DNA of 64,000 bases from Candidatus Krumholzibacteriia bacterium. GTDB taxonomy: Bacteria > Krumholzibacteriota > Krumholzibacteriia > JAJRXK01. The DNA lies in the NCBI GenBank assembly GCA_041484665.1, contig JBGPIA010000003.1:96001-160000 (forward strand). The letters are read 5' to 3'. Both the position numbers and the translations under genes were made by a program. The notes beneath the pieces are model-generated. The model worked only from the letters and a program-made list of their open reading frames with translations. It searched no databases and was not told the DNA's origin. Shown here one piece after another: positions 20,841 to 33,900 of the stretch (the stretch's first letter is position 1; every line of letters starts with the position of its first letter).

Positions 20841-21292
20841 GCGTCGCCGTCCTCGTGCTCGTCGGGGCTGCCCCCGCCCTTGCGGCCGGCCTCGTCCGTG
20901 CCGCCTGCGCCGCCTGCGCCGGGGGGCGGCTCCGCAACCGGGCCGCCCTCGGCCTGTCGCTGCGCCCGCAGCTCATCGAGCAGCTGCTCGAGGCGAAAGC
21001 TGCGGTCCAACGACTCGTCATAGCGGAAACGCAGTTGCGGGATCGTGCGCAACCGCAGCTGCGCCTGGATCTGCTGGCGCAGGAATCCCTCGCTGCGCCG
21101 CATCGCCCACTGCGCTGCGCGGCGCTCCGCGTCTTCGCCCGTTACGGTGAAGAAGACGTCCGCCACCGACTTGTCCTTGTTGAGGCGGACCTCGGTCACG
21201 GTGACGAAGTTCAGGCGCGGGTCCTTGGCGCGCGTGGTCAAGGCCGCGGCCAGGATGCGGCGCAACGTCTCCTCTAGGTGTCCGTCGCGCAT
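20837..21292 (-). CDS. rbfA: Ribosome-binding factor A
   Basis: KDPRLNFVTVTEVRL..D...A.VF, LRTIPQLRFRYDES. Confidence 0.93.
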   Translation of the reverse strand: MRDGHLEETLRRILAAALTTRAKDPRLNFVTVTEVRLNKDKSVADVFFTVTGEDAERRAAQWAMRRSEGFLRQQIQAQLRLRTIPQLRFRYDESLDRSFRLEQLLDELRAQRQAEGGPVAEPPPGAGGAGGTDEAGRKGGGSPDEHEDGDA

Positions 21293-21316
21293 TGTGTCAC
21301 AGTCCAGGTCGAGAGC

Positions 21317-21598
21317 TCAGAAGTACTCCACCAGCCGGTCGACCACCTCGAAGCGGCCGTCATTGTCCAGGAAGCGCGTCACCGCCGTCAGCTCGCGGTC
21401 GACCACCGCGCGCACCCCGCCCACCGTCACCACCCCCAGCTCGGCCTCCCGCCAGCTTTCGTGGCCCCCCGTCTCCGCCACCGCCACGTTGAACCGGTTG
21501 CGCAGTCGCTGCTTCACGCTACTGACGACGAATCGTTTCTCCTTCAGCGATCCGGAGGCGTGCAGGCGGAGCGTCAGATGCATCGATGCGACGAGCAT
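21317..21598 (-). CDS. DUF503 (YlxP-like) protein
   Basis: SLKEKR..V.S...RLRNRFNVAVAE signature; conserved infB-DUF503-rbfA order. Confidence 0.9.
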   Translation of the reverse strand: MLVASMHLTLRLHASGSLKEKRFVVSSVKQRLRNRFNVAVAETGGHESWREAELGVVTVGGVRAVVDRELTAVTRFLDNDGRFEVVDRLVEYF

Positions 21599-21674
21599 GC
21601 CCGGCTGCGCCGCGCGCTCCCGTCGGCGTGCGCGCCGCGCGCGGCGCGCGGCACCGTCCGGCGCGCGGCCGGCC

Positions 21675-24346
<2,672 letters not shown>

Positions 24347-24350
<4 letters not shown>

Positions 24351-24676
24351 GAGTCCTCACCTCGGATCGCCAACTGCTTGCGCAGACCGCTCACGAATCC
24401 GCGGTCGTGCACCGATACCACCGCCAGCCGCTCCCGTCCAAACGCCAGGGCCAGCTCCTGCGACGACAAGAGCGTGCGCTCCAGCGTCGACTCGCCCAGC
24501 CGCCGGGCCACGCGCTGCGCAAGCCCGTCGCCGGCGTCGCGCGCCAGGAACACCACGCCCGGCTTCTCCTCGCGCAACGCGCGCAACACGGCGTTGGCCC
24601 CCACCCGCAGAACCCCCGCGCGCTGGGCCAGTCCCAGCAGGCGCAGGACCGGCTGGTGCGCCGGGCCATCGGTCAC
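24347..24676 (-). CDS. L7Ae/L30e family RNA-binding protein (YlxQ-like)
   Basis: LLGLAQRAG.L..G, FLARDA, ELALAFGR, D.GF; located between nusA and infB. Confidence 0.85.
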
Positions 24677-26136
24677 GGCTGCGGGCCCGAGGACTGCCCG
24701 AACAGCTCTTCCTCGGTCGGCACCTTCTCCTTCGGCTGCTGTGCTTGCTGCGCCAGCTCACCCTCGAACAAGGTGCTCGGGTCGAGCTTCTCGCCCGCGC
24801 CCTGCTCCTGCCCGAACACGCCCTCGTCGAACAGCGGACGCGCCAGCGCCGCCTTCTCGCGCTCGATCATCTCCTCGACCTGCTTGCGCAGCTCCTCCAT
24901 GGTGGCCTGCGCCGTCAGCAGCAGCGTCTCGGCGGTTGCGGCGTCGAGGCCTTGCAGCTGCGCCAGGTGTGCCTCATCGGCCTGCGCCAGCTGCTCCACC
25001 GTATTGATCCCTGCCGCGTGCAGCGTCTGGGCGACCTCCTCGGACACGCCGCTCATCTGGCTGACGTCCATGCGGAGCTCCTCCGCCAGCCTCTGGCGCA
25101 GGTGGTGCTCGGTGGAGCTCACCAGGTCGATCTTCCAGCCGGTGAGCTTGGCCGCCAGCCGGACGTTCTTGCCCTCGCGGCCGATGGCCAGGCTGAGCTG
25201 GTCGTCGTCAACGATGGCGGTCGCCGCACCGTTCTCCTCGTCGAGGATGATGTGGTTGACCCGGGCGGGCGACAGCGCCCGCGTGATCAGGCCGACGGAA
25301 TCGCTGCTGAACGGCACGATGTCGATCTTCTCGCCAGCCAGCTCGCGCGTGACGGCTTGCACGCGGCTCCCCTTCATGCCCACGCAGGAGCCCACCGCGT
25401 CCACGCGGTCGTCGTGGCTGAGCACGGCGATCTTGCTGCGCGTGCCCGGCTCGCGGGCCACCGCCTTGATCTCCACGATCCCCTCCTCGATCTCGGGCAC
25501 CTCGGCCTCGAACAATGCTTTGAGGAATCCGGGGTGAGTGCGGGACAGGATGATCTGGGGCCCCTTGGCGTTGTTCTGCACCTCGATGATGAAGGCCTTG
25601 AGCGATTTGCCCTGGTGGTAGTTCTCGCCGCGGATGCGCTCGCGGAACGGCAGCAGCGACTCGGCGCGATTGACGGTCACCAGGACGTTGCCGCGGTCGA
25701 CCTGCTGCACCGTCCCCAGCACGACCTCGCCCACTTTGTCGCGGAACTCCTCGTAGATGCGCCCGCGCTCGGCGTCGCGCACCTTCTGCATGAGGACCTG
25801 CTTGGCCACGCTGATGGCATTGCGGCCGAATTCGTTGATATCCAGGTAGATCTTCACCACGTCGCCCGGCTCGAGCTCGTCGCCGAACTCCTCGCGGGCG
25901 TCCCGCAGCGCGATCTCGCCCTCCGGGTCCACGACCTTCTCGACCACGCGCTTGCGTTGGATGATCTCGATCTCACCCGCTTCCTCGTCCACCTCCACGC
26001 GCACATCCGCCGAGAGCCCGACCTTCTTCTTGGCGGCGGATTGCAGTCCGATCTGGAGGCTCTCGATGAGGATCTCCCGATCGACGTTTTTCTCGCGGGT
26101 GACCGCGGCCAGCGCATCGAGGATCTTGTAGTCCAT
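24673..26136 (-). CDS. nusA: Transcription termination/antitermination factor NusA
   Basis: FGRNAISVAKQV, QIILSRTHP, AREPGTRSKIAV, GSCVGMKGSRV, SLAIGREGKNVRLAAKLTGW; C-terminal HhH repeats. Confidence 0.98.
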   Translation of the reverse strand: MDYKILDALAAVTREKNVDREILIESLQIGLQSAAKKKVGLSADVRVEVDEEAGEIEIIQRKRVVEKVVDPEGEIALRDAREEFGDELEPGDVVKIYLDINEFGRNAISVAKQVLMQKVRDAERGRIYEEFRDKVGEVVLGTVQQVDRGNVLVTVNRAESLLPFRERIRGENYHQGKSLKAFIIEVQNNAKGPQIILSRTHPGFLKALFEAEVPEIEEGIVEIKAVAREPGTRSKIAVLSHDDRVDAVGSCVGMKGSRVQAVTRELAGEKIDIVPFSSDSVGLITRALSPARVNHIILDEENGAATAIVDDDQLSLAIGREGKNVRLAAKLTGWKIDLVSSTEHHLRQRLAEELRMDVSQMSGVSEEVAQTLHAAGINTVEQLAQADEAHLAQLQGLDAATAETLLLTAQATMEELRKQVEEMIEREKAALARPLFDEGVFGQEQGAGEKLDPSTLFEGELAQQAQQPKEKVPTEEELFGQSSGPQP

Positions 26137-26170
26137 CCCAGTGTCCTTTCCAGCACACCTCGCGGCGAAT

Positions 26171-26767
26171 CTAGTCGCCAGCGGGCTCTTCCGTCGGCCC
26201 GGATCCGGACCCGCGTCCCGGCCGCTCGCGCCTGCGTCTGGCGATCCGGCCGATCTTCAGATCGGGATCCAGCTGCGCCCGCGCGATCGAGGCGAGCGCG
26301 ACCCGCACCGTCCCAAAGCCGTCTACGACGACCACGATGGCCTCCGCGTCGGCGGCGACCAGCGGCCCACGCAGCTGATCGATGCCACCCTCCGGCCGGC
26401 GCGTCACCACCTTCACGATCTGACCCAAGTAGCGCTGGAAGTGCGCCGGCGAGGACAGCCGCCGGAAAATGCCCGGCGACGAGACCTCGACCACGTAGCG
26501 CCCCGTCAGCACGTCGGCCGCCCGGACCTCCAGCAACTGCGTGACCGCGCGGTCCATGGCCGTACAGTCCGCGATCGTGACGCCCCCCGGCTTGTCGATG
26601 GAGAAGCGCAGCGTGAGGCGGCCACCTCCGCGCATCACCTCCACGTCGACCAGCTCGTAGCCGTGCAGGGCCACCTCCGGGGCGACCCAGACAGCCAACG
26701 TCTCCGCCGACAGGTCCGCGGCCGGCCCGTGGGGCCCGTGATGCTCGTGCAACGGCTCCGCAGCCAA
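26171..26767 (-). CDS. rimP: Ribosome maturation factor RimP
   Basis: GYELVDVE, LRFSIDKPGGVTIADC, Y.VEVSSPGI.R.L; TTG start at 26767 inferred. Confidence 0.9.
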   Translation of the reverse strand: MAAEPLHEHHGPHGPAADLSAETLAVWVAPEVALHGYELVDVEVMRGGGRLTLRFSIDKPGGVTIADCTAMDRAVTQLLEVRAADVLTGRYVVEVSSPGIFRRLSSPAHFQRYLGQIVKVVTRRPEGGIDQLRGPLVAADAEAIVVVVDGFGTVRVALASIARAQLDPDLKIGRIARRRRERPGRGSGSGPTEEPAGD

Positions 26768-26833
26768 GGGCTTCCACCCTTTGCAGGCGCGCCGATGGCG
26801 TCCCGCCCGTGGGCGGGCTCCCCATCGAACACG

Positions 26834-26859
26834 AAAAAAGTGGACGCCCCCGTCCACTT
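26834..26859 (-). terminator. Hairpin plus U-tract in the rimP leader (attenuator-like)
   Basis: Minus strand AAGTGGACG-gggg-CGTCCACTT-TTTT, about 70 nt upstream of rimP. Confidence 0.75.
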
Positions 26860-26960
26860 CCCCGCTCGTTGAATACCACAGGTCGCCTGGACCGGCAAGG
26901 AGCAAAAGAAGTTAGCAGATCGGCGCCACGTCCGCCACCCCGGTGATGCGCCGTCTCGCT

Positions 26961-27974
26961 TCAGCGCTGCGCAGCGAAGTCGACGAAGACCAGCGCGACC
27001 AGGAGTCGCCCCACCTGCTCGAGGCTCTCCGGCGAGCACGCGCTGGGCGTGTCGCCCAAGGTGTGCCATTCGGGGTAGTCCAGATCGATCAGATCGATGC
27101 TGGGAATCCCGACCTGAAGGAACGGCAGGTGGTCGTCGATGACGGCTGGGCCGGGGATCGGCTCGAACGCCGGGAGCCCCAGCGCCTGCGCGCGGTCGAA
27201 CACCGTGCGGGTGAGGTCGGAGGCACGCTGCAGCCCGGTGGCCTCCATGGGGATGTGCAGGTCGGCGTCACCCACCATGTCCAGCAGGATCAGCGCGCGC
27301 GGGCGGTAGCCCGGGTAGTCCGCGGCGAAGCGCCGCGAGCCGATGAGATAGTGCTGGACGTCGCTCTCCCGGCCGTAGTCCTCCCCGTCGAACAGCAGGA
27401 GGTCGACGCCCAGAGGCGGCGGCGCCGCGTGGAGCAGCTCCGCCAGAGCCAGCAGCACGGCCACACCGCTCGCACCATCGTTGGCGCCTGGGATGGGCTG
27501 GTCGACCGGACCCCCCGGCTCGCGGTCGGCGCGCGGGCGGCAGTCCCAGTGCGCGGCGAACGTCACGCGGTCCGGCGCCTGGGGCCGCAGCGACGCCTTG
27601 ATGTTGGTGAGCGACAGCTTCCCGCTGCCGTAGGGGTCGTCGATCGTGAACGTGTGCGGGGTCACCTTCTCGCAACTTGCCGCAAGCTGCGCCTTCAGCC
27701 ACGCGGCCGCAGCCTCGTGCGCGGCGCTGCCAGGCACGCGGGGACCGAACTCCACCTGCTTCTTCAGCAGCGCGAACGCGCGGCGCCCGTCGAAGCGCGG
27801 CAGCTCCCGGGCAGGGGCTGGCGAGGCGGGTGCGGGCGCCACCGTTGGGGCGCGCGCGGCCGGGCGCGCCGCGCCAGCTTCCTTCGCCCAAGCCGCGCAG
27901 GAGATCCCAGCCGCGACGGCGCATGCGCAGGCCAGCGTCGCTGCCAATGGCGTATCAGAACGTGAGCGTGGCAT
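26961..27974 (-). CDS. M28 family metalloprotein, glutaminyl-cyclase-like, exported
   Basis: AHWDCRP, GANDGASGVA, FDGEDYG, ILLDMVG, DDHLPF, WHTLGDT; signal-like N-terminus. Start is ATG 27974 or TTG 27947. Confidence 0.85.
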   Translation of the reverse strand: MPRSRSDTPLAATLACACAVAAGISCAAWAKEAGAARPAARAPTVAPAPASPAPARELPRFDGRRAFALLKKQVEFGPRVPGSAAHEAAAAWLKAQLAASCEKVTPHTFTIDDPYGSGKLSLTNIKASLRPQAPDRVTFAAHWDCRPRADREPGGPVDQPIPGANDGASGVAVLLALAELLHAAPPPLGVDLLLFDGEDYGRESDVQHYLIGSRRFAADYPGYRPRALILLDMVGDADLHIPMEATGLQRASDLTRTVFDRAQALGLPAFEPIPGPAVIDDHLPFLQVGIPSIDLIDLDYPEWHTLGDTPSACSPESLEQVGRLLVALVFVDFAAQR

Positions 27975-30900
27975 TGAGCCCCAGGCCGAACGTGTTGGTT
28001 GTGATGCTCTGGCGCAGATCCTTGCTGAAGCCGTAGTTGAGCCGGAAGCCTGCACGCAGATTGCGGCTGAACTGGTAGCTGAAGTTCGGCACGACCGTGA
28101 GGTGCGATTGCCCGGCGTTCTGGTCCTGTCCGATCTCCGATTCGCGGAAGTTCTCGTTGCGATCGTAGGTGATGTCCAGAGTGGAGTCGATCTTCGTGCC
28201 GATCCCCTTCTTGCCGAAGCGCAGGAAGCCCAGCGTCCCCTCCGCATCGAAGCTCTTCTGCAGCTTCAGGTTGGCGGACGTGCGGCGCGACACAGCATCC
28301 TTGGCATTGGTGCGGGTGCGGTCGGTGCTCAAGGTCAACCTGAGGTTGCCGCTCAGCTCGTTCTTGAACCGGAAGTTCCAACCGGGCGAGATGCTCATGC
28401 TGACGCGCGGCTCGTAGCGCTGGGCGGTGACGTTGGGGACCGACTTGTTGCGGCGCACACTGAGGTCGAAGCTGCTAGAGGAGAACATGTCACCGAAGAT
28501 GCCCCACTTCTCCACGCCGGAGAGCTTGAGGCTCGCCACGGGCCAGTCGACGGACAGGTCCCGCGAGTCGCGCCCGCCGCCCGAACGCGATGTATTGCGC
28601 TCCTGATAGGAGAGGTCCGCGCTGAGCGAATTGGAGAACTTGCTCTGCGAGCTTAGGCTCAGCTGCTCGGTCTGCGAGAAGAGCTCGCCGTGGTCCACGA
28701 TCAGCGGGTTGGCGCCCTGCACGGTATCCGGCGCGCTCGACAGGGTCGGACCGAAGTCGGGGTGGTCGACGAATCCCAGCTGATAGGCGAACTGGGGCCG
28801 GTGCTTCATGTATTGGAAGCCGCTGCTGTTGTGCAGCGAGTAGTTCGCGCTCAGTGGCTGCATCTCCTTGGCGAAGGTGACGAACGGTCGCACCAACCCC
28901 TTGAGCACCCCTGCCGCGTCGACCTTCGGCCGGGCTGCCCCCGCAGTCGCGGCACCCGCTTGCGGCGCGCCCGGCGGGGACTGGCCGGCGGGCTGCCCCG
29001 CGGGCTCGCCCGGCGGCGGAGGCTTCTCCTGCTCGCCCGGCGGAGGTGGCGGCTGCTGCTGTGCGGGCTGGGGCTCCCCGGCCGACTCGCCCGTTGGCGG
29101 GCCCGGCGGGACGCCCCCCTCGACCGGGGGAGGCTGCTGTTGGGACGGCGGCGGCTCGATCTGCGTGCCACCGGCCGGACCGGGCGGCGGGCCACCCGAC
29201 GGTTGGATTCTCGATGTGTCCGGCGGAGCCTGTCCCAAGGAGCCGGGCGGCGGGGCGGGCGGCTGCTGCGGGGCGCGCCGGCCACTGGTGTCGAGTCGCC
29301 CCGGCTGGCGGCGCTCCTGTGCTGCCGCCGGCGGCGGGGCGCCGCGCTTTGCGCCGCCGAAGCGCTTCTTGATCCAGCCGCCGATGTCCACCCGGCCGCG
29401 CACTGTGATGTCGCGGTCGTTGTTGAAGTGCAGCAGCGCGAGATTGCTGTCGGCGTACGCGAGGTAATCGGCTGCCCGCGGCGGCACTCGGCGATTCTCC
29501 TGATAGGATCCGGTGTAGCTGACGTCGGGCTGCAGGGCGCGGATCAGGGGCAGCTGGGGCGTGTAGTTGAGCGTCATCCGCTCGCTGTAGTTGTCCAGCT
29601 TTCCCCAGTTCACCCCGAGGAGCTCTTCTTGCTGCAGGCGATCGCGCGCGCTGGTGATGCCGTAGCTCGCGCGCAGGTTGCGCATCGGGCTGTAGCTGAG
29701 CGTCAGCGTGTTGGTCGTTCCCTTGGTCACGCTGGTCTGGGTCGCGCCCGTGCCGGGCGTGCCATCGAGCCCGATGATGATCGGGATGCGGTCGCTTCGG
29801 TCGAACCGCCAGTTGCTCCCCAGCGAGATCTGGTTGGGCAGGTATCGGAACTCGTAGTGCAGCAGCGGAATCTTCACGGTGAAGCCGCTGGTCAGGCTCA
29901 GGTCATAGCTGTAACGATCGTCGTAGCTGCGACGCGTGGTGTTCCCCACCGGTGTGTCGTCCCTGGAGCGACTCGCGCTGCGGCTGTAGCTGAGGCGATC
30001 GTAGGTGTAGGCCAGGAGCTTGTTCCGGCTGGCCTGCGTGCGCCGGATCTGGAAATTGTACGTGGTGCTCGTGGAAGTCGACTTCTCCAGGTCCTGGCTC
30101 TCTGCAGTGATCAGCTCGATGTCCGAGTTGGTCTTGAATTTCGGCAGCTGCAACGAGTTGCGGGTGCTTACCGAGAACGGGATGTCCAGCCCCAGCGTCG
30201 GGATGAAGCTCTGTAGTTTGCTGCCGGCGCGCACCTGCCAGTCGCGCCGCAGCACGTTGCTGCCGATCTTGGCGTTGAGGCCGTGGAACTCCGGGTCGGT
30301 CTGGCTCCACTCGAACCCAAAGTCCCCCACGCCGGGCAGGGTCGTGTTGATCGCCACGCGTTTGGCCAGCCCAACCGTGCGGTCGACCTCCCGCAGGCGG
30401 ATCTCGTTGAACAGGATCTCACCTGTTAGCAGCGGCCCGGCGGCGCAGCCCGCGTTGCCGCCGACCGCCGGGTAGCGCACGCCCGCGTAGTAGCGCTTCA
30501 CGCGGCGCACGTCGGGGTTGCCGCGTACGGTCACGACATACGTGCTGCCGTCCTCGAGATCGGCGATCGTGCCTCGCTGCACGGTGTAGCGCAGGGGCGG
30601 CGCGATCACCGAGTCGGGTTTGGCGAACTTGGCGTTGGTGACATCCGCCAGCCGCACGCGCACCTGCTTCCAGTAGCCAGCGGTGAGCTGCCGTTCGGCC
30701 GAGCGGAAGTCGAACGCGATCTCGTAGTAGTTCGTCGAATCGGTTCCGACCCAGAAGTAGGGCACCAAGTCGAGCTGCGCCGGATCCAGCGTCCCGTTGG
30801 ACAGTGGCGCCCGCCAGAAGAAATTCAACTCGCTGTACTGGCTGAAATCCTGTCCTTGGGGCGCAGGGATGTCCTTGCGCACGCGCAGCTGATGGCCGGG

Positions 30901-33900
30901 GGCCAGATCGTGGTAGGCCAGCAGCAGCGCCTGCTCCTTCTCGGCGATGTTGTTGCGCGTGTCCGGGAATACGGGCGGCACGTAGTCGGGGTTTTCTTTG
31001 TTGTTCACCACGCCCAGCCGGAAGTCCTCGCTGGGCCCCGGCAGCGGGTCGGTGTCGCACAGCGACGTGTCCGGCACGCGCTGGTCGGTAAGATCGCGCA
31101 GCCCATCCGTTCGCCAGCGATTGCCCAGGAAGCGCATCTCGGCGAACTGGATGTCGCGCGTCGGCTCCTTGAGCGTGCCGGTGGGGTCCTCGTACCAGAT
31201 ACGCATCACGCGGATATTGGATAGCTGCGGCTCGACGGAGCCGTAGAGCCCGTCGCGGCTGCGGCGGTCCTGGAGTTTGCGCAGGTCGACGCGGTACTTC
31301 CGCCATGAGTCGCCGCGCTGGGCGGAGGACTGCACGAAGCCGGGAACGTTGGCGTAGTCGCGGTAGACGTCGGCGATGACGTCGGCGTTGTCGGCCAGAT
31401 CGACCTCCAGGCTGAAGTAGCCGTCGGCCAGATCGAGCACGGTGTCGTGGGTGAGATCCTCGGTGTCCAGCCGCTGGTTGCCCTCGGTGCCGTCGATGTA
31501 CGGGAACTCCTCGGTGCCCACCCTCTCGTCGGAGCGGAAGTCATCGGCCGCGCTGTCGTCGCCGGAACCAGGGATCTGCTGCGGGAAGTACGGCGGGCCC
31601 TCCTGCCCGTTGGACTTGCCGTCCAGACCCACGTCCTCCCCGACCGAGATGAGGCCGTCGTTGTCCTTGTCCTCGGTCTGGAACGTGCGGAGCACCAGGG
31701 AGTCGCGCGTGCCGTCCACCGTGCGCAGCCGGGGCCACCAGAAGTCCTCGTTGATGAACCCAAAGTCGAAGTGGAGCTTGCCCTCCCGCGGCGGCGCGGC
31801 GGCGCTGGCGGGGTCGCCGCGCTTGTCGTTGACCCAGAACTCCAGGAACTGGGCCTGGCTCAGGTCGACCGGTGCGGGGAAGCCGCGCATGATCCCGGCA
31901 AACGCGCTGTCCGGCCAGGCCACCCCTCCCGACGCTACGTGCAGCTGCAGCGCCGGTAGGACGTCGTTCTTCTCGGTCTCGCTGAGGGTGGGGTTGATGT
32001 ACTCGCGCTTGACGCCGGGCACCGGCCGGTACCAGCGCGACAGGACACGCTGATGCGGCCACAGCCGGCGTTGGTTGGCGGCGTCGAACTCGGCGGGCAG
32101 GCTCGCCCAATACCAGCCCTCGCGGCTCAGGTTGATCTCCTCGCTGTCGTCGGCCGACTCGAAGTCCTCCAGGTAGGCGTCGCCTTGCGTGTTGGGATTG
32201 GGAACGGAGATCGCCACCTCGGCATCGAGATTGAGCGTGCTCTGCTCGTCGGTCTTGACCAAGGGGAGTAGATTGGCCAGCGCCGTCAGGATGTTGGGAT
32301 TGAAGCGCATCTTCGCGCCCAGGTTGCCGACCCAGGTGCGCGTGGGCTCTTCGCCCAGCCGCGGCTTGCGGCTCGGGCTGGGTCGGCTTTGCAAGAGCCA
32401 GGTCGTGCTGAGGCTCTTGTTGAGCCCCAGGTCGTACTGCAGGTTGACCCCGTGCAAGCTGCTGCGCCCTCCGGCGAACAGCGGGTCGACCTCGTAGCTC
32501 ACCTGGATGTTGCTCTGGGCATTGAGGCGCCGGGCGGCTTCCTTGAGGGTGATCTCGCCGGCGAAGTAGTCGATGTCGTAGTCGACCCCGCGCTGCAGCG
32601 CCACGCCGTCGAGGGTAACCTGCTCGCTGCCTTCCTTGATGTTGAAGGCGTTGAGGCGGAAGCGGCTGCTGGTGGAGGTGTGCTTGGCGACGATGTTGAA
32701 GTGCGTGTCCCCCGACTTGGGGTCTTCCCCGGTGTAGATGTCAGTGTACAGGCGCCGCGGGCGCCAGACGGACGGCAGCGTGTAGCCCGGTACCCCGGAG
32801 AAGAACGCCAACGCGGCATCGCTGGCGTCGAAGGGCTTGAAGACGGGGAACTGCAACGTCCCGCGCGCGAAGTCCACCAGGCCAGCGTTGAGATCGATGC
32901 GATCGTCGTGCCCTGCGGCGCCGCCGGCCTGCTCGTTGACCTGGTCCAGTCCGAAGATCCGCAGCCACGGGATCGCCGGGGTGATGTGGGTGTCGAGGTC
33001 GGGATTATTGGGCTCGTTCACGAGTTGGATGGACACCTGCAGCGACGACTTGTCGATGTCGACCCCGCGCAGGTCATAGAAGTTGCGGAACGGGTACTCC
33101 CAGGTCAGGTCCAGGCTGCCCCAGCGCCGTAGGGTCGTATCCGAGGTCGGCTTGGACTCCGAGGCGGGCTTGATGAGCTTGAACAGGTAAGCGCTGAGAG
33201 GCTGCCCGGTGGCGGGGTCCTTGAGGGTGACGGTCGGGGCGACCGGGTCGTTGGGTGAGCGGCCGACGCGGAAGACCGGGATCTTTCCCTGGGGCGTGAT
33301 CTGGTTGATGGTGTAGACGGTGGCCAGCGCTTCGGTGACATCCAGGCTGCGCTGCAGCACCACGCCGATCACCTGGTTGGTGCGCCCGTCGTGGAGAGGC
33401 TCCCACTCGTTCTCGGCCAGCTGCTTCCACTTCTCGCGCCGCACCAGCCCCGGGGCAAAGTTGTCCAGGACGGCCGGATCGAAGGGCACGCCGACCCTCT
33501 CCCAGCCCAGGCCCGTGGGGTCGGCGTACGCGAAGCCCGGAAACGTATCCAGGATGTCCGCGCCCGATCCAGCGGTGACGCTCACGAACAGCTGGATGCT
33601 GTTGGGGTCGATCTCGAAGCGCGTGGAGTCCCACGGCGCCAGATCGGGCGGAATCGACGCCTCGGGCGCCTCGCGCAGAGCCGGCTGGCTGGTGCCGGGA
33701 TCGGCCTGCAGGAACATCGGCCCGAACTGCCACGTGGTCAGACGGAAGTAGCGGTTCTTGATGTAGTCCGTCTCGGGGATGACCACCTCTTCCTCGGTCC
33801 CCCCCTGCTGGTTGAAGCTGGCGCGGCTCTGCTGGCTCTGCTCCTTGCTCGTCAGCGCCGTGAAGTGCAAGCCGCCGATCGCCCCCTCGATCTTGATGCC

